A stretch of 64,000 bases of DNA, from positions 992,001-1,056,000 of the forward strand of contig OZ244744.1 in assembly GCA_965219455.1 (NCBI GenBank), in the 5' to 3' direction. The translations under genes and the position numbers were made by a program. The notes below the pieces were generated by a model. That model was not told the origin of the DNA. It saw nothing but the letters and a program-made list of their open reading frames with translations, and searched no databases. This DNA is from Candidatus Latescibacterota bacterium. GTDB lineage: Bacteria; Latescibacterota; UBA2968; GCA-2709665. Positions 19,035 through 26,877 of this stretch are shown here, in pieces (the stretch's first letter is position 1; each line of letters opens with the position of its first letter).

Positions 19035-20666
19035 TTACAGCGGACACACCAGTTGTCCGTCCAGCAGTTTGTGATTTTCGGAATAGTCCACGGGCACTTC
19101 GATCAGGTGCACGCCACCGGACTCGAGGCACCCTTTGAGCAATCCGGCCATGTCGTCCGTTCGTTCCAGCCGGTGCCCCCCGGCGCCGTAGCTCTCAGCG
19201 TAGCGCACGAAATCGGGATTCCCGTAATCCAACCCGAAATCAGCCAGACCCATATGGGCCTGCTTCCATTTGATCATGCCATAGCCGTTGTCCCGCAACA
19301 CCAGCGCCACCAGGTTCAGGCCCAGGCGCACCGCGGTCTCCAACTCCTGTGAGTTCATCATAAAGCCGCCGTCGCCGCAGACCGCCACCACGTCACGATC
19401 CGGGTGGAGCAGGCTGGCAGCCATGGCGGAGGGCAGACCGGCGCCCATGGTCGCCAGGGCGTTGTCCAGCAAGACGGTATTCGGCTGGTGGGCGCGGTAG
19501 TTGAGCGCGAACCAAATCTTGTAGACACCGTTATCGAGGGCAATCAGCCCATCGTCGGGCAGCACGCTCCGCACGTCGGCCACCAGCCGCTGCGGCAGTA
19601 CCGGAAAACGGTCGTCGTCATCTCCGGCGGCCAACTTCCCGTCGGCCCACTCCTTCACTCGAATGAAATAGTCGAACGACCAGTGGGGCTGGGGCTCGAT
19701 CCGCTGGCAGATCTGCCACAGGCTGTTGCCGATGTCGCCGATCACCTCGAGTTGCGGAAAGTACACCGGATCGACCTCAGCGGAAGAAAAGTTGACGTGG
19801 ATGACGTAAAGGCCCCCATCCTGCATCAGAAAAGGCGGCTTCTCCACCACGTCGTGGCCCACGTTGATAATCAGATCGGCCCGCTCGATGGCGCAGTGAA
19901 TGGCATCGCCGGAAGACAGTGCCGCGTTCCCCATGTACAGCGGATGGCGCTCGTCCACCACGCCCTTGCCCATTTGCGTGTTGAACCAGGGTATGCCCGT
20001 TATGTCTATGAACCGGGCCAGCATATTTGACGTTCGCTTGCGATTGGCTCCTGCGCCCACCAGCAGCAACGGCCGGCGAGCATCCTCGATCATGGCGACG
20101 GCCCGTGCGACCGCCTTGGCCTCCGCCACCGGGCGCCGCACCCGATCTCGGGGATAGAGATGCGCCACCGCCTCCTCGGCCGCGATGTCCTCGGGCAACT
20201 CCAGGTGCACGGCTCCCGGTCGCTCCTCCTCCGCCATGCGGAACGCCTCCCGCACTCGCGGCGGAATGGTCGCGCCGCTGACAATTCGGGTGGTGTACTT
20301 CGTGAGGGGGCGCATCATCTCAACCACGTCCACGATCTGGAAGTGGCCCTGTTTGCTCGACTTGATGGGCTTCTGCCCCGTGATCATCAGCAGCGGCATG
20401 CCACCCAGCTGGGCGTACGCCGCCGCGGTTACGAAATTCGTCGCCCCGGGTCCAAGGGTGGACATGCACACCCCGGTCTTGCCGGTGAGGCGGCCGTACG
20501 TAGCGGCCATGAAGCCCGCCGCCTGCTCGTGCCGTGTGAGAATGACGCGAATGCTCGAATTGCGCAGCGACTCGAGCAGGTCCAGGTTCTCCTCGCCGGG
20601 GATGGCGAAGATAAATTCAACGCCTTCGGCCTCGAGGGCCTTTACGAAAAGATCTGAGGCTTTCAT
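19035..20666 (-). CDS. Acetolactate synthase large subunit (ThDP enzyme, no small subunit adjacent)
   Basis: IPGEENL, RHEQAAGFMA, GPGATN, GDGGFMMNSQELET...N ThDP motif. Confidence 0.92.
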   Translation of the reverse strand: MKASDLFVKALEAEGVEFIFAIPGEENLDLLESLRNSSIRVILTRHEQAAGFMAATYGRLTGKTGVCMSTLGPGATNFVTAAAYAQLGGMPLLMITGQKPIKSSKQGHFQIVDVVEMMRPLTKYTTRIVSGATIPPRVREAFRMAEEERPGAVHLELPEDIAAEEAVAHLYPRDRVRRPVAEAKAVARAVAMIEDARRPLLLVGAGANRKRTSNMLARFIDITGIPWFNTQMGKGVVDERHPLYMGNAALSSGDAIHCAIERADLIINVGHDVVEKPPFLMQDGGLYVIHVNFSSAEVDPVYFPQLEVIGDIGNSLWQICQRIEPQPHWSFDYFIRVKEWADGKLAAGDDDDRFPVLPQRLVADVRSVLPDDGLIALDNGVYKIWFALNYRAHQPNTVLLDNALATMGAGLPSAMAASLLHPDRDVVAVCGDGGFMMNSQELETAVRLGLNLVALVLRDNGYGMIKWKQAHMGLADFGLDYGNPDFVRYAESYGAGGHRLERTDDMAGLLKGCLESGGVHLIEVPVDYSENHKLLDGQLVCPL

Positions 20667-20817
20667 TGTATTCACACTCGCGGTGATACTTCTTGTCGCC
20701 CTAAACCCGGCTGGGCTGAAACATTGGTCAAAAAGATTCGGCCCCCTGGTCTTAGGAATAAGCCCAAGGAACCGAATTCATCCAAAATAATAAACTTCAA
20801 TTGACAAATCAACTTTA

Positions 20818-20850
20818 AAGCCCAGGGGCACATACTCCCCTGGGCTTCTT
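20818..20850. terminator. Hairpin at edge of low-GC island
   Basis: AAGCCCAGGGG-(8)-CCCCTGGGCTT perfect 11-bp stem. Confidence 0.45.
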
Positions 20851-20916
20851 CTATTGACAACGAAACATCAGACATTTAGACTTGCTAATCCACAACTTAT
20901 AGTGAAAGGAAAAGTA

Positions 20917-21453
20917 ATGATCACTGTCTTGCTCTTGCTACTAACAATTCAACCTGTTGAAGCTAAATCCAAAATGTCACAATTTCAGTTATACACCAAA
21001 TGTCTTGGGGTGCATCTCTCGATTGAAGAACTCCCAGACAATGCAGAGCGGATTAACTTAACAAAGGAACATATAACAAACATTGTAAAGAACAAATTAC
21101 AAGCGGCCCGGCTATATGTGCCCAGGAGATTTACGGTCCGCGAAACAGAGGACATCCATCCAATCTTATACGTTCAGGTTAATACATCCAAAACTGCTTT
21201 TAGTATTGGAATTGAATTGCGGAAAGTTGTGTTAGATAACTACTCCGGGTTGAAGGAATATGCAGTTACTTGGCGCATAGGTGTTCTTGGTGTGCACGGA
21301 CGAAGAAATCAATTTATCCTACGTATGGTCAATAAATATACGGATGTATTTATTAAAGAATGGCGCAAGGTCAACAAATCAGAGTGTCTTGAAAAAGAAG
21401 AAGTGGTTAAGCCAGGTCAAGGGCCTGTGCAACCACCTAAGAGAATTCGCTAA
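20917..21453 (+). CDS. Hypothetical secreted protein
   Basis: RBS AAGGA; signal-peptide-like N-terminus (LLLLLTIQPVEA); AT-rich. Confidence 0.6.
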   Translation: MITVLLLLLTIQPVEAKSKMSQFQLYTKCLGVHLSIEELPDNAERINLTKEHITNIVKNKLQAARLYVPRRFTVRETEDIHPILYVQVNTSKTAFSIGIELRKVVLDNYSGLKEYAVTWRIGVLGVHGRRNQFILRMVNKYTDVFIKEWRKVNKSECLEKEEVVKPGQGPVQPPKRIR

Positions 21454-21464
21454 GGGGAATCGTG

Positions 21465-22004
21465 ATGAATAATAAGACTCAACTAACGATTGTTCTATTC
21501 GCCATTGTCTTTACAAATTGTAGTTCAACCACCAGGGCACTTAAGGAGCCCCCGTAAATAAAGCCCGAGGAAATACGTTCAAGAAAATTGAAAAAGAATG
21601 ACAAGTGCTGGCAAAAGTTGGATAGTCCTGCTGATTGCTATTTGTATAGGACTAATCAGCCAGATAGAGATGAATCCTACATTTGGTCAGGTGCCTGCCT
21701 GGGCGGTGTGCCTCACGGAAAAGGAGTTCTTAACTGGATCTATCGCAATGCGCCCCCGTTCCCAGGAAATCCGTCAACAGTGATGGAAAGAACACATATA
21801 GGTCTTAAGCATTATGGTCAAAGACACGGTGAATGGTTTGAGGATGGTCACGATGGGAACTATGCAGCCAAAGAGCAGTATATATATGGAAAGCTGATAA
21901 GTCGTTTTATGCGAGGCAATGAGGGTTCTTGCACGGATGTTGTGTATGATTCTTCGGGAAAAGTGTTAGGTATCCGTAATAAAAATCCGATATTTTGTAA
22001 ATGA
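21465..22004 (+). pseudogene. Cys-rich lipoprotein with MORN-like repeat, in-frame stop
   Basis: MNNKTQLTIVLFAIVFTNC lipobox is in frame with ORF 21588-22004 but interrupted by TAA at 21555; WSGACLGGVPHGKG and GQRHGEWFE motifs. Confidence 0.6.
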
Positions 22005-22036
22005 TTCTCATCTATTGGGGGGGAGGAGGATCTATA

Positions 22037-22618
22037 ATGACAACTTCAGTTATTGGCATATTGGTAGGAACAGGGCTCTTTGTCGGTGGATTCGTTTTTC
22101 ACGATATAAACTACAAAGAGGGGGGCAGCGCCTATCATCTGTATGATGGACACAGTAGAAGGTATATTATAGGTTCACCTGTGAATAGTGGACGAGAAGA
22201 CCTGGCCTACGTTGCCGGAACAGTAGGGGCGGTCTGTTTGGCAATTTCTGTCAAACGTGCTTGGAATCAGCGTAAAGCCAAGTCACCGACAAAGTCAGAT
22301 CGGGCCTATGGAAAATTTCGCATAATGCATGACCTAATCACTGGCGGAACTTTGTGGATAGTTGGTGGAAATCTGCATGACTCTGTATGGAAAAATGATG
22401 GTCTCACAAGCACAAAAACCCTGGAAGACAATTATGGAGGGAGGGGATGGAGGCCATATCAAAACTGGAGTCATAACAAACAAGAGCACTTTGGCTACGT
22501 TCTTGGTTCCGTAGGCATGGCTTGGTTATCATTGTCAGCAAAACAAGCCTGGACTCAGTGGGAACCCCACCACCTTAACCGCGCCTATGAAAAATTTCGT
22601 GAAAGGGTTTCTCAATGA
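22037..22618 (+). CDS. Orphan membrane protein made of two internal repeats
   Basis: RBS GGAGGAGG; two units, each TM-HD...E.(L/F)(A/G)YV.G..G-TM...RAY.KFR. Confidence 0.6.
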   Translation: MTTSVIGILVGTGLFVGGFVFHDINYKEGGSAYHLYDGHSRRYIIGSPVNSGREDLAYVAGTVGAVCLAISVKRAWNQRKAKSPTKSDRAYGKFRIMHDLITGGTLWIVGGNLHDSVWKNDGLTSTKTLEDNYGGRGWRPYQNWSHNKQEHFGYVLGSVGMAWLSLSAKQAWTQWEPHHLNRAYEKFRERVSQ

Positions 22619-23195
22619 AAATCGCAATTCTTGGAATACTCATAGGAACCGGAATCTTTACCAGTGGATTTATTCATCACGACATTAACTATGACAGCGA
22701 CCTTTCCTGGAATGACGATACTCACGAAAATGTGGCTTATCTCGTCGGTACAGCAGGTGTAATCATCACAACAGTTGCCGTAAAGCATCTGCTGAATCAG
22801 TATAAGCCCAAAGTCCCGAAAGAACTGCGACCTCTCAGTAAGTATTCGCATCAGTAACCCTGCAACTGCTCATTGGATTGGGACTTTGGGAAAGCGGACT
22901 GTGGCTTCATGAAATGGGAGAACTAGACGATCAAATCAATATCATATATTATGACGGTAATATGTATCGCCACAAAGACCGCGACGACATCCGCGAGCAC
23001 CTGGGCTATTTCGTAGGTGCATATGGAACCACCCTTTTTACGCTTTCGGCTTATCAGATGTTGAGCGCCAAAGGGCCTCCCAAACCGGCCCAGGATCTAG
23101 ACCACGCTTTCGGGGCTTTCCGGGCCGGGCTTAACCGCCCGTCACTGAATGACCCTAAAACGTGGTCTAAGGCGCTCAGCCAGGCGAACAGGTAG
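22615..23195 (+). pseudogene. Paralog of the preceding two-repeat membrane protein, split by a 1-nt frameshift (ORFs 22615-22857 and 22878-23195)
   Basis: GILIGTGIFTSGFIHHDINY matches GILVGTGLFVGGFVFHDINY; adding one base near 22842 joins the ORFs (..SK-VFASVTLQLLIGLGLWESGLWLHE). Confidence 0.55.
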
Positions 23196-23449
23196 TAAGT
23201 AGAAAAAAAATACCCCCGGCCGGATACTTAGTCCGACCTTAGAAGCTAACACAAGGCCCAGGGGGGGAGCAAGTCACTATGTTAAAATTAAGTTGATGGA
23301 AGACGTGAGGAGACCGCCCAACACCCCTTCGTTTTTCGCCTTTCCTCACTTCTCTTCGCCATGGAGGCAGGCGCCACCGGGGTCAATTTGCCGTTCACGG
23401 TTACGATGTTTAAACAACCGGACGTTTATGCAATCTTGCCAGCCGCTCG

Positions 23450-24337
23450 TCAGTCCAACCGTTCCAGGAATTCGTCCAGCCACTCATCGGGGCCGCCGTG
23501 CCCCGCGAAACCCCTCTCCACGTCCTCATCGGTATGGCAATCGGATCCGCCCGTGGAGAACAGCCCGTGACGTTCGCAGTATTCCCGGTATTTCGCCGTG
23601 AACGCCGGCGGCACGCCGGGATGGGCGCATTCGATCCCGTCCAGCGAACACTCCAATCGCAGCGCATCCATCCGTTCCACGTTGTCTTCCTTGAAATAGC
23701 CGAACGGATGCGCGATCGCCACCAGCGCACCCGCCTCCTTGACCGCCGGCATCGCATCCTTCACGTGCGGATACGGCGGAAACCGCGTCGCCGCGCCCGC
23801 TCGCGCCATCAGATCCCCGTAGTCCTCGATCCGGTCGATGAATCCCCGCGCCACGCAGTACTGCTGGATCACGCCGCCCTTCACGTGAGTATTTCCCTGC
23901 ACGTCGACTGTCTTCGCGGGTCGATAGGACCCGAGCAGTTCCAACCGGTCCGCATCCGTAAAACCGTATCCAATCGCCTGCAGGCCGGTCGAAATCGCCG
24001 AGCCGTAGTCCCGCTGCCAGTCGTGATACGCATCAAGAACCTGCACCATCGCCGGGGGCAGAACCGCGGGAAAACCGTAACACAGCAAATCCACCGATCC
24101 GATCGACGTGGTCATCGTCAATTCGGCCGATGGCACGACGCGTATCTCCGGGTAGCGTTGCGAGATCTCCAGCACCTCCGGAAGCGAATCCAGCACGTGG
24201 TGGTCCGTAATGGCGAAGCAGGAGACCCCGAGTTCCCGGGCGCGTTTGAAATGGTTCTCCGGCTGCGCAAGAGCGTCATAGCTCCAGTACGTGTGCAGGT
24301 GCAGATCGTAACGTGCGGTCACCCCTTCGTTGGCCAT
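23450..24337 (-). CDS. PHP domain metal-dependent phosphoesterase
   Basis: DLHLHTYWSYD, AITDH, IAHP, TGGSDCH. Confidence 0.9.
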   Translation of the reverse strand: MANEGVTARYDLHLHTYWSYDALAQPENHFKRARELGVSCFAITDHHVLDSLPEVLEISQRYPEIRVVPSAELTMTTSIGSVDLLCYGFPAVLPPAMVQVLDAYHDWQRDYGSAISTGLQAIGYGFTDADRLELLGSYRPAKTVDVQGNTHVKGGVIQQYCVARGFIDRIEDYGDLMARAGAATRFPPYPHVKDAMPAVKEAGALVAIAHPFGYFKEDNVERMDALRLECSLDGIECAHPGVPPAFTAKYREYCERHGLFSTGGSDCHTDEDVERGFAGHGGPDEWLDEFLERLD

Positions 24338-24353
24338 TGATTTGTCCCTTGTT

Positions 24354-25676
24354 TTATTGGCGAAGAAACCGATCCAGCACATTTCTCACGGTCCCCTGCA
24401 GCTTGCCGTCCACGATCAGACTGCCGCCGAATGCGATCGATCCAACCGAGAACACCCCGCCCCCGCCTGGATGGTCGTAATACGTCATATGGGCTCCCCC
24501 GGAGCCGTCCCAGTCGTACGCTTCGTCCGGATAAACCGCCGATTCCCCATCGGACATAAAATCCAGCGGATTGATTCCCCTTGCCAGCACTGTGATGTTT
24601 TCCGGTGACCATTCATCCCGAACCTGGTCCGCCTCCCATCCGCTTGCGGCGCCGCCGTTGATGCCCTTTTCGCCGATCAGATCGCCATTCTTCAGTCCGA
24701 GGCCCTCAAATACCCAGTGCGAGGCCGTATCGACCCTGTACGGCGAGAATGTCATATATCCCGGGCGCACATATCCCACCCCCAGCACCGAGTGCTCGGG
24801 CCGCCCAACGTTGCGCCAAAGCCCGCCTTGCTCACCATTCTGGTAGTGCGGCTTTCCGTCTTTCCGGATTTCCATGATCCGGCAGGTGGAATCCCAGGTT
24901 ACCTTCCAGTAGACGCCATTTCCCGAAAGATACAGCAGGCACCCGCCCGCGTCCAGCCAGGCATCCAGGTGATCTCGCATCGGCTCCGACCAGTACTCAC
25001 TGTGCGTATTGATCACAAGGACTTTGTAGTCGGCCAGCCAGTCCCATCCCTGGTGCAGATCGGTGTCCGAATACACGTCCACCGCGTAACCGCATTCCTC
25101 CATCCAGTCCAGAATCCACATCTCGGCCCGCAACAGGTGGCTTCGGCCCTCGCCGTCGGGGGATGCCGTGGGCATCGGCCGATCCAGGCTCAACGTTTTG
25201 GGCTGGGGCTCGCTGTAGGCCGACCGGCCGCCCCATCCGTTGTAGGCGTGCCACGTATTGGTGGACGCGAGCACCGCCACGTCACCCTTCCGGTGAAAAT
25301 AGGGTTTGACAACAAACGGAACGTGAAACCTGACGCCTTTTTCGTCCGTGAATTCCGCCGTATAGATCCAGGAACGCGTCTCTTCCGGCACAATCCAGAA
25401 AAAATCAGACTCCCAATTACATCCGTTCTCCCACGCCCATTCCGGACAGGCCTGCATCCTCCCGCGCAACCCCTTCAACTCACCGATCCCCGCGGCGGTT
25501 TTGCCCACACGCTTGAACGCCACGTCGTAGGTCTTGGCGAACGTGGTCATCCGAAACGCGACGTTATCGTCCGGCGATGCGCTCAGCCGGGATGCGTAAC
25601 CCTGCATTCTGGTCACGTCCGGGGGCGGATGCACCGACGGCATGGTGCAGTGCGAGTTCCGGGTGTCTTTCTTCAT
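24354..25676 (-). CDS. N,N-dimethylformamidase beta-subunit family domain protein
   Basis: TNTWHAYNGWGGRSAY, LSLDRP, HSEYWS, LSGNGVYW, GWEAD, GGVFSVGSI. Confidence 0.8.
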   Translation of the reverse strand: MKKDTRNSHCTMPSVHPPPDVTRMQGYASRLSASPDDNVAFRMTTFAKTYDVAFKRVGKTAAGIGELKGLRGRMQACPEWAWENGCNWESDFFWIVPEETRSWIYTAEFTDEKGVRFHVPFVVKPYFHRKGDVAVLASTNTWHAYNGWGGRSAYSEPQPKTLSLDRPMPTASPDGEGRSHLLRAEMWILDWMEECGYAVDVYSDTDLHQGWDWLADYKVLVINTHSEYWSEPMRDHLDAWLDAGGCLLYLSGNGVYWKVTWDSTCRIMEIRKDGKPHYQNGEQGGLWRNVGRPEHSVLGVGYVRPGYMTFSPYRVDTASHWVFEGLGLKNGDLIGEKGINGGAASGWEADQVRDEWSPENITVLARGINPLDFMSDGESAVYPDEAYDWDGSGGAHMTYYDHPGGGGVFSVGSIAFGGSLIVDGKLQGTVRNVLDRFLRQ

Positions 25677-25686
25677 CGCTGGTCCC

Positions 25687-26721
25687 CTACCTGTACCGGG
25701 CTTTTATCGCCCTTCCCCGCTTTGCGCTCTTCGCGGCGAGGTCCAGAATATGGATCGGCCGCCTGGCCCATTCGGGAGTGATCACCAGCGCTTTGCCGCC
25801 CGTCAGATGCTCGGCGACGTTCTCGTAGTATGCTTCCCATTGGCTGGTCATGTTGGCGCCTTTCGTCACCACCCGCTGCTCTCCCAGTTGCCGGATCATT
25901 TCGTAAGTGCGTCCGTCAAAGACATAACTGCCTCCGGTACCCGAGATCTCCAATTGTCCCGGCCTGGGATTCGCCTCGAGCGAAGACACCGTCAGACTCA
26001 GCCACGCGCCGTTGTCGAACCTTACCACCGCGCACGCCACGTCCTCGTTCGTATCGTCCTTCCACGGCGTCTCTTCCGCCCAGAAGCCTGTCTTTGCGAA
26101 CCCCGCGACCTCGACGACGTCCGCGGGTATGATCTGGAGCGCGTACTCCAGCAGGTGCACCCCCCAATCGTACATGATGCCCCCGGAAATCGACCGGCTG
26201 CTCCGCCACCAGTCTCCCGGGTGACCGTATCCGCCGATTCGCGCGTCGACGCGGTAGATCTCGCCGATTGCCTTCTCCTCGTGGAGATGTTTCAGCGCTT
26301 CCAGAACACAGCCGTCCCAGTGCCGGTTATGGTACGCGGAAAGCAGGAGATCCCGCGCCCCGGCCTCCCGGATCATGGCGTCGCATTCAGCGGTCGTAAT
26401 GGCGAACGGCTTCTCGCTGATCACGTGCCGGCCCGCCCGCAAACACTGCAGGGCCAGCTTCGCATGGGTGTTGTGCGGCGTAATCAGCACCACCAGATTT
26501 ACGTCCGATTTACTCAACATCTCCGAAACAGAGCGATATTGTTCGATTCCCGGGAAATCCGTCTCTGCCGCGGCCAGCCGCGCCGGATCCGTCTCGGCCA
26601 CCGCGCAGGGCGTCATTCCCGCTTTTCGCATATCCAACAGGTGGCGCCGGCCCATTTCGAAGGCCGCACCGTATCCGACCACACCTGTCCTGACGTCCGC
26701 CGCCCGTTCGAATTTCTCCAT
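25687..26721 (-). CDS. Gfo/Idh/MocA family oxidoreductase
   Basis: GVVGYG, TPHNTH, SEKP, HNRHWD, GGIMYDWGVH. Confidence 0.9.
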   Translation of the reverse strand: MEKFERAADVRTGVVGYGAAFEMGRRHLLDMRKAGMTPCAVAETDPARLAAAETDFPGIEQYRSVSEMLSKSDVNLVVLITPHNTHAKLALQCLRAGRHVISEKPFAITTAECDAMIREAGARDLLLSAYHNRHWDGCVLEALKHLHEEKAIGEIYRVDARIGGYGHPGDWWRSSRSISGGIMYDWGVHLLEYALQIIPADVVEVAGFAKTGFWAEETPWKDDTNEDVACAVVRFDNGAWLSLTVSSLEANPRPGQLEISGTGGSYVFDGRTYEMIRQLGEQRVVTKGANMTSQWEAYYENVAEHLTGGKALVITPEWARRPIHILDLAAKSAKRGRAIKARYR

Positions 26722-26877
26722 CGATTGCCCCTCAACCGTGAATCTCAATAACGCACCAAAGATGAGTCCCGGCATCTGGACACGCCGGGACTCCGCTGGT
26801 CTTCATCGCGCACGATTTGTCATCCGGCTTTTGTGAGTAGGAACGGTCACGGCCGATCTGCCGTTCGCCGACAGCGT

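Noticed and set aside
21555-21557. Stop-codon recoding (Sec/Pyl or alternative code) explaining in-frame stops
   Set aside because: The interrupting stops are TAA, TAG and TGA in different decayed genes, and normal genes end in all three; decay or error is simpler.
23270-23440. Possible IS end at the right border of the AT-rich island (ACTATGTTAAAATTAAGTTGA)
   Set aside because: No matching inverted partner or transposase found.
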